The position numbers and the translations under genes are program-made. Below, in pieces: positions 9,610 through 19,863 of a stretch of DNA of 64,000 bases. Under the pieces are notes generated by a model. It did no database searches and was not told where the DNA came from. It saw only the letters and a program-made list of their open reading frames with translations. Within the stretch, counting starts at the first letter, position 1; each line of letters starts with the position of its first letter. The DNA is from a virus, in IMG/VR virus record IMGVR_UViG_3300027659_000009, positions 64,001 to 128,000 of that record; one strand, given 5' to 3'.

Positions 9610-10103
9610 ACTGTTTTAGTGACGTTTAATGATTTGTTTATCTCGTACAACCCAACTTTATCGTCACCAACAATCTTTAAGTTGTCAATAATTTCTTTAA
9701 ATTTATTTTCTTCTTCTCTTTGTTCAATAACGAACCACTGTAAGAAATTTTCTGTCGTATAATCCCCAACTTCTTTACACTTACTAATAATCTTATTAAT
9801 AGAATTAGTAACCTTTCTTTCGTTGGATAATGACATCTGAAAAAGTTGGAGTATGTTAAACTCTAATTCCCCTTCATCCATAAAATTATAATTTGGTACT
9901 ATTGGATTTCCCTCTTGTTCTAAAACATACTCAAACAATTTAACCATATGTTCTCTTTCTTCATTTGATTGATTGAGAAAAAATTTAGATATACCGTAAT
10001 AATGATTTTCACTAAATTTTTTAGATAGGTTTAGGTAAAAATACGATGCCGTATTCTCTAACCATATTTGTTCGTTTAATAACGATAAAACTTCTTCATT
10101 CAT
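9606..10103 (-). CDS. ftnA: Non-heme ferritin
   Basis: LNEQI..E..ASYFY, EEREH, ERKVT, FLQWFVIEQREEE; ferroxidase ligands present. Confidence 0.95.
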   Translation of the reverse strand: MNEEVLSLLNEQIWLENTASYFYLNLSKKFSENHYYGISKFFLNQSNEEREHMVKLFEYVLEQEGNPIVPNYNFMDEGELEFNILQLFQMSLSNERKVTNSINKIISKCKEVGDYTTENFLQWFVIEQREEENKFKEIIDNLKIVGDDKVGLYEINKSLNVTKTV

Positions 10104-10104
10104 G

Positions 10105-10293
10105 TTAATTGTTTTGTTCTTTTTTTTTCTGATTATATATTGCCTTAATTTTCTCTTCTCTTTTTCTGACAGATTCTTTTAAATATTCCTCTCTGTCTTT
10201 ACATTCTTTCACAATTTTGGTTTTTACGAATTTACCTTTCAACTCCTTTAAACCTCTTTCGATGTTACCGTTTTTAATTTGTACTATTAACAT
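10105..10293 (-). CDS. rpsU: Ribosomal protein bS21, Bacteroidota type
   Basis: MLIV..K.GNIERGLK..K.KF.KT, RE.Y.K.SV.KR, KAIYNQ. Confidence 0.9.
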   Translation of the reverse strand: MLIVQIKNGNIERGLKELKGKFVKTKIVKECKDREEYLKESVRKREEKIKAIYNQKKKEQNN

Positions 10294-10367
10294 TTATTTA
10301 TTTTTATTATTAAATATGGTTATTTACTCAAAAATTAATATTTATTAGTAAAATGTAAAGGTTAATA

Positions 10368-11369
10368 ATGAAATTTAGTGAAATATTAAGTGAGGAGTTA
10401 GATAGAAACGGAATTAGGAGAGTACTCAATACAATTCAGAGACGTTTTATAGATAAATTAGAAAAAAAACCTAATTCATTGTACCCGTTTGATGGATCTA
10501 TGGTAAAGGTAGATTCTGTATATATACCATTATTTGATTTTATCAAAGAATTCATAACGACAGAATATTCTGATATGATGAATATATTTTACACTTTCAT
10601 AGTAGAGTACAATACTGAAGGTAACTATGAAAATGTTGATTCATTAGTAAAAATAAGTGAAAGTGAAATGGAGTCTATGTTTTCCGATGAAGTTATTATC
10701 TTATCTAAATATTTTAGAACATCTCCATTTTTAATTAGTAAAGAATCTTCATTATATTATGGTTTGCCTATATATTATGTTTATGAAGAAGAAAATTTTT
10801 ATTGTATTGGTGACTATCGGAATATGGTTAATGCTACCAAAGAATATCTTCGTGATCGTTTTTCAGATAATACAGAAATTATTGCTAGTATAGGTACAGA
10901 AGAGTATATAAATTATTTGTTTATAGAAGACTACGACAAAGATAGATTGTCGGATGAGATGGCGACAGAGAGAGAATCTGAAATGTCTGATGATCAAATA
11001 TTGGGATACTTAAAAAGGTTTAGTAAACCACATATAGTCGATTTAGTTAATAGTTATGAAAATTCTTCGGAAGATGAAAAAGGTAAAATAATAGAAGAAT
11101 TGAGAAAATATAGTATTGAGTTTTTATCTAATCAATATTATGATGAATTAGATGATGTTTTTGAATATTTATTAGAAAGAGGATTCATTAACACAACTAA
11201 TGATGGTAAAATTGAAATAAATCATATACCATACTATATTAGGTTTGATTGGAATAGTTTTATAGATGATGAGTCAGGTAACGTACATTTTGAACAATTG
11301 AGTGTTTATGGGCAGGTGTATAGATACGGTGGAGATAATCCATATTATATGATTAAAATAGATTATTAA
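10368..11369 (+). CDS. Acidic protein with class C-like leader; paralog of 11370 and 15234
   Basis: Starts MKFSEILSEE; shared Y.IGD and C-terminal YY[MI] motifs; TATTTAT at 10339. Confidence 0.7.
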   Translation: MKFSEILSEELDRNGIRRVLNTIQRRFIDKLEKKPNSLYPFDGSMVKVDSVYIPLFDFIKEFITTEYSDMMNIFYTFIVEYNTEGNYENVDSLVKISESEMESMFSDEVIILSKYFRTSPFLISKESSLYYGLPIYYVYEEENFYCIGDYRNMVNATKEYLRDRFSDNTEIIASIGTEEYINYLFIEDYDKDRLSDEMATERESEMSDDQILGYLKRFSKPHIVDLVNSYENSSEDEKGKIIEELRKYSIEFLSNQYYDELDDVFEYLLERGFINTTNDGKIEINHIPYYIRFDWNSFIDDESGNVHFEQLSVYGQVYRYGGDNPYYMIKIDY

Positions 11370-12452
11370 ATGAGAAGATTAATATTAGAAAACGAAATAA
11401 CTCCCTTTTATAAAAGGGTTTTAAAGTTACTTAACAAAAAGTTGGGTGAAGGTGAAGATGCTAGCGTAGTTTGGGATTTATTAACCAAAGAATTATCTAT
11501 AGATGATACAGATTCTAAAATAGAAATACTTCATCTATATACAAATCATTATGATGAATTAGGTAATTACGATAATTTAACTGATGTAGATTTAGAAGGT
11601 GTAAGTGACACTTCTTCATATAATGATGAACAAATTGCATTGTCACTATTTTTAGCCATACCACCGATATTAATAGAAAGTGAATATAGTCATCATGGTT
11701 TAAATTCATATAAGGATTTAACTTCAGATGAGATATATGCGATAGGTGATGATGATGAGGTTAGTAATGCAATGGAAAACTATTTTGATGGGTACGTTGA
11801 TGAAGTTGGTGGGATAGAAAATATGGATAGATATACAATTGATGATTTTATAGAGTTAGATGATTATGGTGTACAACAATACGCAGAAGAAAGTGCGGAC
11901 AATAGAATAGATGACATGAGTGAAGAAGATGTAATATCAGATGCAGGGTACGATAGTAGAGAAGAATATGAAGATAAGTTGTCAACATTAGAGGAAAGAA
12001 TTGATGAGTTAAATAACCTTTTAGAAGAAAAAGAAGGTGAATTAGATGAGAGGGTAGATGATGATGAAGATTTTTTTGGTACTGAAGAATACGAAGAATT
12101 AAAAGAAGAGATTAATGACTTGGAAATAGAACTTTCGGACAAACAAACTATTTACGAAGGATTGGGTGATGAGTTAAGAGAACTATTTGACACTGCGAGA
12201 CAAGAGTTATATGATACAATTGTATCAGACATAATTAGTGAGATTGACAATGATGGAGTGGATTATTTTATAAATAATTTAGGGATAAGTTTTTCTGAGG
12301 CAGTAGATTATTACTGTACATTTGATGAGTCAGGTTTAGAGAAATATCTTGCAGAAAATGAAGACAGAGGTAATACACTATCTGGTTATGATGGTAATGA
12401 AAATGAAATAGAGTATAATGGGATAACTTATTATATTTATAGAACAGATTAA
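11370..12452 (+). CDS. Highly acidic coiled-coil protein (possible DNA mimic)
   Basis: Starts MRRLILE; D/E-rich; ends DRGNTLSGYDGNENEIEYNGITYYIYR. Confidence 0.7.
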   Translation: MRRLILENEITPFYKRVLKLLNKKLGEGEDASVVWDLLTKELSIDDTDSKIEILHLYTNHYDELGNYDNLTDVDLEGVSDTSSYNDEQIALSLFLAIPPILIESEYSHHGLNSYKDLTSDEIYAIGDDDEVSNAMENYFDGYVDEVGGIENMDRYTIDDFIELDDYGVQQYAEESADNRIDDMSEEDVISDAGYDSREEYEDKLSTLEERIDELNNLLEEKEGELDERVDDDEDFFGTEEYEELKEEINDLEIELSDKQTIYEGLGDELRELFDTARQELYDTIVSDIISEIDNDGVDYFINNLGISFSEAVDYYCTFDESGLEKYLAENEDRGNTLSGYDGNENEIEYNGITYYIYRTD

Positions 12453-12462
12453 ATATATAAAA

Positions 12463-13710
12463 ATGAAAATAAAATTAAACGTAAGTCAATATAAAAGGTT
12501 ACTAGAAATGAGACATGATGGTAAATCCACTGGTTTATTTGCTGATGAAGAACCTAAAAAGGAATTGGGTGATGAAGATAGTACAGAAGAAATCATCGAA
12601 GGTAAAAAAAAGAAAAAGAATACACTATGTGCTAGAGGTATAAGTGCGGCAAAATCTACATATGATGTTTATCCTTCTGCGTACGCTAACGGTTATGCAG
12701 TTCAAGTATGTAAAGGTAAGGTTAAAGGATTGGATGGAGAAAAAAGATGTAGTGGGAGTTACTGTAGAGGTAAAAGAAATGAAACATATAATTTTGATGA
12801 TATAGAAGTTGCGGAAAGATTAGATGAAGATTTGGCAGTTTGGTTTGGAACAAAGAAAAAACCAAAAGGTAGTAAACAACCTAATGGGCCTTGGGTTAAC
12901 ATCTGTAGAAAAAAAGAAGGTGGCGGACATCCTGAATGTGGTAGAGGTGATTCCGATAAAGGTGGTTATCCAGTTTGTAGGGCAAAAAGTGTTGCAGCGA
13001 ATATGAGTCAGGAGTCTAAAGATTCTGCGTGTAGACGTAAGAGAGAAAAAGAAAAAAATGATGGTAAATCAGGGAAAGGACAATCTCCAAGTCCTATTAA
13101 AGTTAAAAACTATAAATCTAAAAAGAATGAATCCTTAAACTACGATAGAATGTTAATTACTGAAAACAGAACTATTATTAGTGAAGGTTTAAGATATCAT
13201 ATAGATAATGAAATACCATTAACTGAATCAGTTTATAGATATGGTAGTGAATCTTTCTTTAACTTAATAAATGAAGTTAGAGAATTGTACACCAAAGGTA
13301 AAGTCGACTTATCATTTAGTGACGAAGAGATTATAAGAACCGACATTGGTAAACAAGGTATCTATGAGGGTAGAAAGGTTTGGTTGGACATACCAAATGA
13401 GTATATGGAAATAAATGAGGCAGAATATAAAGGTAAGACTGTTGAGTTGAGTAAACCTAAAAGAGGTGGAAGTAAAAAGTTTTATGTTTATGTGATGTGT
13501 AATGGTAAGGTTAAAAAAGTTTCCTTTGGCGCAAAATCTGGTGGGGCAAATTTGTCTGTAAAACTTAGAGACCCTAAGGCTAAAAAGGCGTTTTCTGATA
13601 GACACAATTGTCCGCAGAAAAATGATAAATGTAGTGCGGGTTATTGGAGTTGTAGATTACCTAGATATGCAAAACAATTAGGATTATCAGGTGGAGGTAC
13701 TTGGTGGTAA
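12463..13710 (+). CDS. Class A leader polyprotein of basic Cys-rich modules
   Basis: Modules YPSAYANG..C, WF..PWVNIC..CGR..YPVCR and KKVSFG..RHNC..YWSC separated by IIE/LDE/ITE/INE. Confidence 0.75.
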   Translation: MKIKLNVSQYKRLLEMRHDGKSTGLFADEEPKKELGDEDSTEEIIEGKKKKKNTLCARGISAAKSTYDVYPSAYANGYAVQVCKGKVKGLDGEKRCSGSYCRGKRNETYNFDDIEVAERLDEDLAVWFGTKKKPKGSKQPNGPWVNICRKKEGGGHPECGRGDSDKGGYPVCRAKSVAANMSQESKDSACRRKREKEKNDGKSGKGQSPSPIKVKNYKSKKNESLNYDRMLITENRTIISEGLRYHIDNEIPLTESVYRYGSESFFNLINEVRELYTKGKVDLSFSDEEIIRTDIGKQGIYEGRKVWLDIPNEYMEINEAEYKGKTVELSKPKRGGSKKFYVYVMCNGKVKKVSFGAKSGGANLSVKLRDPKAKKAFSDRHNCPQKNDKCSAGYWSCRLPRYAKQLGLSGGGTWW

Positions 13711-13733
13711 ATAAAAAATAAAAAATTAATATT

Positions 13734-14165
13734 ATGAATAGAATAGTTAAATTAACAGAAGAAGACATTAAAAACATGGTTAAAAAAACTATGAATCAAA
13801 TTAATGTACAAGGTGATGAACATCACGATAGAGGAAATAGATATATGTTTTTCTCAAACCTACAACAAATGAGAAGACAATGTGATATATTATTAGATAT
13901 GGATCCAGAAATGGTTGAGGGTGTTTTAGAAAATGGACACGATTGGGCACAAGATCACATTGCAGAGGCAAAAAACAATATTGATCAAGTATTTGATTTC
14001 TTAATGAATGAAACTAAAAAGTATGGTATGGAGTTATCTATGAATATAGATGATAATGATATGATGAATGAAAAGTGGAGTAAAGAATATAAAAATTCCA
14101 TAGATTGTAATAATCCAAAAGGATTCTCTCAGAGAGCACATTGTCAAGGTCGTAAGAAAAGATAG
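13734..14165 (+). CDS. Class A leader protein with C-terminal KWS..IDC.NPKGFSQ.AHC module
   Basis: Starts MNRIVKLTEEDIK; MNE precedes the basic module. Confidence 0.75.
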   Translation: MNRIVKLTEEDIKNMVKKTMNQINVQGDEHHDRGNRYMFFSNLQQMRRQCDILLDMDPEMVEGVLENGHDWAQDHIAEAKNNIDQVFDFLMNETKKYGMELSMNIDDNDMMNEKWSKEYKNSIDCNNPKGFSQRAHCQGRKKR

Positions 14166-14166
14166 T

Positions 14167-14433
14167 ATGGATTTCCCGTTTGAAGAAAATAAAATAAATG
14201 GTTTTTATGTTCGTAAATTTTCTGATAATGTAGAGAATAGTGAATTGGTTTGGCATAGAGATAAAGAAGATAGGATTGTTGAGAGTGTTGGACATACAGA
14301 TTGGATGGTACAATTAGATAACCAACTACCTATCCCATTAACAGAAACAGTACTTATCCCAAAAGAAGTATATCACAGAGTAATTAAAGGTACTGGTGAA
14401 TTAACAGTTAAAATAAAAAAATTAAATGATTAA
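14167..14433 (+). CDS. Cupin-like protein
   Basis: WHRDKEDR and IPKEVYHRVIKG cupin motifs. Confidence 0.65.
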   Translation: MDFPFEENKINGFYVRKFSDNVENSELVWHRDKEDRIVESVGHTDWMVQLDNQLPIPLTETVLIPKEVYHRVIKGTGELTVKIKKLND

Positions 14434-15232
14434 GTTAACTCAAATATTAAATGAATCTGAGGGTAATTTATCTTATTTAGATAATAAGGTTTATAGAAAA
14501 TACTTAAACGTTCTTAATAAAAAATATCCTGAACTTCAAAATGAGGTAAGGCAGTATATTTACCCTAAGATAGAGTTGGGGCAACAATTTAATGAAAGCA
14601 AACCCTATAACAAAATGTTTAATTTTTTTGGTACGGGTTTTTTCAATTTAGATGTTGACGATAAATGTGATTTAATTTTTCTTTTTATTTTAAATTTAGA
14701 CGTTAAAGATTTTTTAACTGAGGAATTAAATGTTGCTAATGGGTTATATTTTGTGACAATGGAAATGGCTCAGGAGGGTTATGATTATTACAGTGAAACT
14801 GAAAATCTTACGTGTGACGAATGTAACGGAAGGGGATCTGAACCTGTAACATGTTCAGATTGTGATGGGAAAGGCAAAATTGAGGATTCTGATGGTGAAA
14901 CAGAATCGTGTTATGAATGTGATGGTAGTGGTGAGAAAGAGGAAGAGTGTGATTATTGTGGTGGTGATGGTGAATACGAAGAGGAAATTCATAGTGTAAC
15001 TAAGATAATACATAAATGGTTTATGGTTATGACAGAGAATCCTGACTTCCCACAAGTTGAAGATGGTTTTGATTTTATTGAAAAATACGCTGATAAAGTG
15101 TATGTAATTACGGCAATCAAAGGTGATGAAGAAGTTGCCAGAGATGAGTCAAATTTACCTGACGACTTAGAGATTACGGATTATGATGTTGATGAACCAA
15201 ATAAATTCGGAATAAGATATATTATGCTTTGA
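14426..15232 (+). CDS. Leader-bearing protein with DnaJ-type Zn finger
   Basis: Starts MIKLTQILNE; four CxxCxGxG repeats; no J-domain HPD. Confidence 0.75.
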   Translation: MIKLTQILNESEGNLSYLDNKVYRKYLNVLNKKYPELQNEVRQYIYPKIELGQQFNESKPYNKMFNFFGTGFFNLDVDDKCDLIFLFILNLDVKDFLTEELNVANGLYFVTMEMAQEGYDYYSETENLTCDECNGRGSEPVTCSDCDGKGKIEDSDGETESCYECDGSGEKEEECDYCGGDGEYEEEIHSVTKIIHKWFMVMTENPDFPQVEDGFDFIEKYADKVYVITAIKGDEEVARDESNLPDDLEITDYDVDEPNKFGIRYIML

Positions 15233-15233
15233 T

Positions 15234-16457
15234 ATGGAAATAGATTTTAATGATATAACACCTTTAGATTTAAGAATTTTAAACCATTTAAGAAAGAATT
15301 CTATAACAGATGAGTGGGAACCACTTTATGACTATTTAGTTAACAATTTTAATAGTGATCCTGAAGATATACAAAAAATCATCTTAATTTATAGTGATAA
15401 AGAAAATAAAAATATAGATTTTAAAGACGTTAACAATATATCCATACCAAATTTTGATTATTCATCGTATGATACTAAAAGATTGGCGTTTGCAGAATTT
15501 ATTGACGTACATCCTGTTTTTGTTAAACCATTTGAAACATATCTTTCTAATCTTACTTCTTTTAAAGTATTGATACCCTCTATTGGTTATAGTATTAGGT
15601 ATGTTTATTATGTTGGAGACATTGATGCGGTACATAAAGAGGCGGATATGAAAATTCGTGAAAAAATAGATGAGGAGGGATGGGATTTTTTTAGTAATAG
15701 TTTTTTAATAGATTATGTTGAAATTAATCAAGAATATTTAGATTATAATGTAACTGAAATTGCTAAAAACGAATATGAATATGGAATAAGTAAATTTAAA
15801 TCTAAAATTGATGTGGAATTAAAGGAAAATCTTTTAAAAAATATTGATAAATATGATGAATACGAAGATTTGAAGTATACATTTGATGAATTGACTGAAA
15901 CTAAAAAAGAAATAGATAAAACTTTTTTAGGGTTAGATAATAACATCAATAAACTAGAGAAAGAAAAAAAAATTATTGAGATAGAAATAGAAAGGTTAGG
16001 TGATATTACAGATTATGGTGATGATGAAGATAGTTACTCAACAGAGTTTGATGATGAATTAGAAGATTTAGAAAATAAATTAAATAAAATTGAAAACAGA
16101 TTAGAAGAGGCGGAGTATGAATATAATCAATATTATAAGGATTATGATTCATTAGTAGACGAATTAGAAGTTGTAACCGAAAAATTAACCAAATATGAGG
16201 GTGTGAATTTCGAAAAGTTATATATGACTATTAGGAAAGAAAAGTTAAAAGAAAATTATAGTTATGATATTGAAAATTATGTTGATGAACTAAGTTTAAC
16301 TATGGGTGAGGCAATAGCCGACAACGTTTTAAAGATAGGTGATGTAGATTACCTAATAGATGAGGCAATAAAAAGAGATGGTCCTGAATATTTCATTGGT
16401 GACTTAACAAAAGATGTTTTTATTTATAACGGTGAGGAATATTACATTCTTTGGTAA
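15234..16457 (+). CDS. Acidic coiled-coil protein, paralog of 11370
   Basis: ITP..RIL..L N-module, coiled coil, YNGEEYYI end. Confidence 0.7.
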   Translation: MEIDFNDITPLDLRILNHLRKNSITDEWEPLYDYLVNNFNSDPEDIQKIILIYSDKENKNIDFKDVNNISIPNFDYSSYDTKRLAFAEFIDVHPVFVKPFETYLSNLTSFKVLIPSIGYSIRYVYYVGDIDAVHKEADMKIREKIDEEGWDFFSNSFLIDYVEINQEYLDYNVTEIAKNEYEYGISKFKSKIDVELKENLLKNIDKYDEYEDLKYTFDELTETKKEIDKTFLGLDNNINKLEKEKKIIEIEIERLGDITDYGDDEDSYSTEFDDELEDLENKLNKIENRLEEAEYEYNQYYKDYDSLVDELEVVTEKLTKYEGVNFEKLYMTIRKEKLKENYSYDIENYVDELSLTMGEAIADNVLKIGDVDYLIDEAIKRDGPEYFIGDLTKDVFIYNGEEYYILW

Positions 16458-16501
16458 TATTGACATTTTAAGAAAAAATCCTTATTTTTGTAAAAAAAGA
16501 T

Positions 16502-16729
16502 ATGGAGAAACCAATTAACCCAAATGAAAGGGTAGTCCACCCAACCCACTACAACAAAGGTATTGAAATGTGGGATTATGCACATTCACATAATTTAGAT
16601 TTTTTTGAGGGTAATATTGTTAAATATGTTACTAGATGGAAACAAAAAAATGGGATTGAGGATTTAAAGAAGGCAAAACAATATTTAGATAAACTTATCG
16701 AATTAAATGAGAGTAATAATTGCAGGTAG
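16502..16729 (+). CDS. DUF3310 (T7 gp1.7/SaV-like) protein
   Basis: VHPTHY, GNIVKYVTRW..KNGIEDLKKA..YL. Confidence 0.85.
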   Translation: MEKPINPNERVVHPTHYNKGIEMWDYAHSHNLDFFEGNIVKYVTRWKQKNGIEDLKKAKQYLDKLIELNESNNCR

Positions 16730-17054
16730 TAGAAATTTTAATGACTACGAAATACTAAAGAAAAAATTAAATGCAATTCTCAAAAATCAAAAAGAAGTAA
16801 CTATAATATCTGGTACCGCAAATGGTGCAGATAAGATGGGTGAATGGTATGCAAATGAAAATCACCTTAAGTTAGAACAGTATCCTGCGATGTGGGATTT
16901 ATTCGGTAAGAAGGCTGGGTATATGAGAAACGAAGAGATGGCTAAAATCGCAGATGCCTCCATAATATTTTGGGACGGTAAGAGTAAAGGATCCAAACAT
17001 ATGATAGATATTTCAAAAAAATATAATTTAAAACTGCGCATTGTGATGTTTTAA
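16707..17054 (+). CDS. SLOG family (DUF2493/YspA-like) protein
   Basis: IIAGSR, ISGTANGAD, AGYMRN, FWDGKSKGS. Confidence 0.85.
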   Translation: MRVIIAGSRNFNDYEILKKKLNAILKNQKEVTIISGTANGADKMGEWYANENHLKLEQYPAMWDLFGKKAGYMRNEEMAKIADASIIFWDGKSKGSKHMIDISKKYNLKLRIVMF

Positions 17055-17078
17055 CATATTTATTTTCAAAAATATGTT

Positions 17079-17405
17079 ATGGATTATATTATAGATGAAA
17101 TTTACGAAATTTTTTGTGACACTGACAAACTACTTACAGTAACCTTTAAGGTTGAGGGAGACATTGAAGATTCTTATAGAGAATTGATTGACAGTGAATA
17201 TTACAATTGGTGTAACGAACATTATATTACCGAAGGTGAAAACTTAGTAGACTATGGTTATTATGATGATGAAGATGAGAACATACCAGACTTCTTTAAT
17301 CACAACAAATGGAATATGTACTACTCCAATGAAGATATGATTATAGAATACCTTTACGAGAACTATTCAGATTTGAGAACTTTACCTTCACCAAAGGTAG
17401 ATTAA
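17079..17405 (+). CDS. Acidic hypothetical protein
   Basis: TATTTAT at 17057. Confidence 0.6.
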   Translation: MDYIIDEIYEIFCDTDKLLTVTFKVEGDIEDSYRELIDSEYYNWCNEHYITEGENLVDYGYYDDEDENIPDFFNHNKWNMYYSNEDMIIEYLYENYSDLRTLPSPKVD

Positions 17406-19786
17406 TCTCTCCAATCCTGAAAGTACCCATCGGCAAACTCTACATAAATAACATCATCATTGTTAGTTTGAACCCTCCATTCCGTTGCACTACTAACAGA
17501 ATTATCGAGACTATAATGATGACTATCATCATAAATGTATACGTGGAAACCAAATAGTTTAGATAATATTAATTCAGAATCTGAATAATCAAACCCCATA
17601 GAAAATAAATTGTATATATATGGTGGTTTTAATTTAGATGATACTTTATCAATTAAGTCTTCAGTAACTGATTCGTTTATATCACCCATCGTATGAATCT
17701 GTAGATTCTCAACACCTTTATCGAAATCTGCCCAATCACCATTAGTCCATTCTCTATAAACTAATTCACTATTGTTTTTATTTATAAGTGCAGTACAAGT
17801 TTGTGTTTCACCATCTACCATTAAATCTTTACCGAAAACAATATTGAGTATTGGTACCCATTCAGATACAGATATACCTAAAGATTTTAAGTCAGAAAAA
17901 TATGGTGGGTTAATTATATTTGAAATTTTTTGGTAAAATGTTTTTTTTTTATCGATAGACTCGTTAACTAACTCATTATCACCACCTACCAAATTAACTT
18001 TTAAATTGACACCATTTTCTTCTCCCCACTGTTTAAATTCAATGGCGTGTGGTTCTCTATCTTCCCACATTTCGATCTGATTAACATTAGGGAATCTATT
18101 CAGTAGACTTTTAATAGTATTAATTTTACTAGACAAAGTATCACCATTACCCTTATAGTGGTATTCGTCAAACGATATATTATGTAATAATAATAATTCC
18201 TCTATTTGTTCTGCCTGATGTGGTATTCTACCCGTTAACATTATTACTAAAGTATCTGGATTAGATTTCTCTCTTAGGTAATCTGTAACAGTAGTTTCTA
18301 TAGGTTGTATATCGAATACCGCATCGTCCAAAGATTCAGGTTTACTCCACCATCCTATATGTGGGTATTCTTTACCAGTAAATTCCTCCCATTGTTTCTT
18401 ACCTTCTTCGGGGTGTGGTGTCTTCATTAATGTACCGTCAAAATCGAATATTGAAATCTTATTAATTAGGTTGTAATTTTCTTTTAAAAGTTTTATTTTC
18501 TTATTGTATCTTACACTTTCGTTTAAGTCTAATACACTACCCGAAACCCAATTAGATAATTCATCAATAGGGACAATATGTGTTTGATCATCGTATGTGA
18601 ATTTAACTTTATTGTTTTTAAAGTCGATATCGTTACTGTATAATGATATTATACCATTTCTAGCCATATAATATTCACCTTGTGAAGTAGTATCAGATAT
18701 TTTTTTAAAACCTAACTTATTAAGTAAATCTAAAACATACTTTCTATTTATTATTAACTCCTCTAAGTCTATATCTTCTGATTCAGTAATTTTTTCTATT
18801 GTGGATTTTAATGATCTGTTTAGTTCCGTAATTACATCATTTACACCATCACTATCCATCCATTCACCATAGTAGGCATCCTCCAAACCAACCTCAGGTT
18901 GTATTTCCGCATCTTTTAATTCAGAAAGATTAAGTAGATTCTTTTCTTTTACTATTTCTATTAATTCATCGTATGGTATGTTAATACAATAATTACCGTA
19001 CCTACAACTACTTTTATTGGTGTCGTATTTAATTTCTTCACTATAGGTTTTTCTTACACTATCTTGTCTAGCCCTAGTTACTACAATACTCATCTCACCT
19101 ATGTAATCATCAACCACCCTTTCGTAATATTCTTTAGGTAATACTTTCTCTAAAAAATCGCTAACCTCTGTTTCTACAATACTTTTACCGTCTTTACCTG
19201 GCCATTCAGACAACCCTGACATTATTGCCAAAGTTTCTAAGTGTTCTACTGTTTCATCATTAGTACTGACATAATCGAACTCGGATGTTTCTATATCTTC
19301 ATATGAATCACTGTAAGAACTAAACGCATCGTAATACTTCCATAAGTCATCATCACCTAACCCTGAGAAATAATTTTCCCAGTCATCCCTTTCTAAACTT
19401 ATTGAGATTTTTCCATCCTCAAAATCTAAACATGGGACATCACCAGAATTCGAACATAATTTAAACCACCCTCCGATTAGTGAATCTAATTTATTACGAT
19501 TTTCATCATATAATGTATCAATATAATTATTTAATTCTTGACTATTTAATAAAGATATATTATTCAAAAAATTGAGAAGAGGACCTTCTCTATCTACTTC
19601 CATAGTATCGTAATCGCCAATACCTTTATTATAGTACCAAAGTCTATATAAATCTAATACCTCAGATTTATCCAACCCAAATTCATCTTTAAGTATTTTA
19701 AACACTTGATCCTTATTGGAGGTATCGTCAATTTTTTTATCCAAATAGGAAAGTATTTTTACCTCAAATTTTGTAAGTTTGTCCAT
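17402..19786 (-). CDS. Polyprotein: acidic N-region, HAD phosphatase (RNA-repair HAD-like) and two PPY modules
   Basis: IFDFDGTL, MLTGR, WEDR; domains joined by LNES/LKE/VNES/INES; minus-strand TATTTAT at 19791-19797. Confidence 0.8.
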   Translation of the reverse strand: MDKLTKFEVKILSYLDKKIDDTSNKDQVFKILKDEFGLDKSEVLDLYRLWYYNKGIGDYDTMEVDREGPLLNFLNNISLLNSQELNNYIDTLYDENRNKLDSLIGGWFKLCSNSGDVPCLDFEDGKISISLERDDWENYFSGLGDDDLWKYYDAFSSYSDSYEDIETSEFDYVSTNDETVEHLETLAIMSGLSEWPGKDGKSIVETEVSDFLEKVLPKEYYERVVDDYIGEMSIVVTRARQDSVRKTYSEEIKYDTNKSSCRYGNYCINIPYDELIEIVKEKNLLNLSELKDAEIQPEVGLEDAYYGEWMDSDGVNDVITELNRSLKSTIEKITESEDIDLEELIINRKYVLDLLNKLGFKKISDTTSQGEYYMARNGIISLYSNDIDFKNNKVKFTYDDQTHIVPIDELSNWVSGSVLDLNESVRYNKKIKLLKENYNLINKISIFDFDGTLMKTPHPEEGKKQWEEFTGKEYPHIGWWSKPESLDDAVFDIQPIETTVTDYLREKSNPDTLVIMLTGRIPHQAEQIEELLLLHNISFDEYHYKGNGDTLSSKINTIKSLLNRFPNVNQIEMWEDREPHAIEFKQWGEENGVNLKVNLVGGDNELVNESIDKKKTFYQKISNIINPPYFSDLKSLGISVSEWVPILNIVFGKDLMVDGETQTCTALINKNNSELVYREWTNGDWADFDKGVENLQIHTMGDINESVTEDLIDKVSSKLKPPYIYNLFSMGFDYSDSELILSKLFGFHVYIYDDSHHYSLDNSVSSATEWRVQTNNDDVIYVEFADGYFQDWRD

Positions 19787-19831
19787 ATTAATAAATATAT
19801 GAAATAAATATTAAAAAAAAAGTATAAAATG

Positions 19832-19863
19832 TTTGGTAGATTGAAAAAAGGTCCTTATATTTG
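19832..19863 (+). promoter_or_regulatory. Bacteroidota housekeeping-type promoter
   Basis: TTTG-N20-TATATTTG. Confidence 0.75.

Noticed and set aside
14426-15232. DnaJ chaperone
   Set aside because: Only the Zn-finger repeats are present; there is no J-domain or HPD motif.
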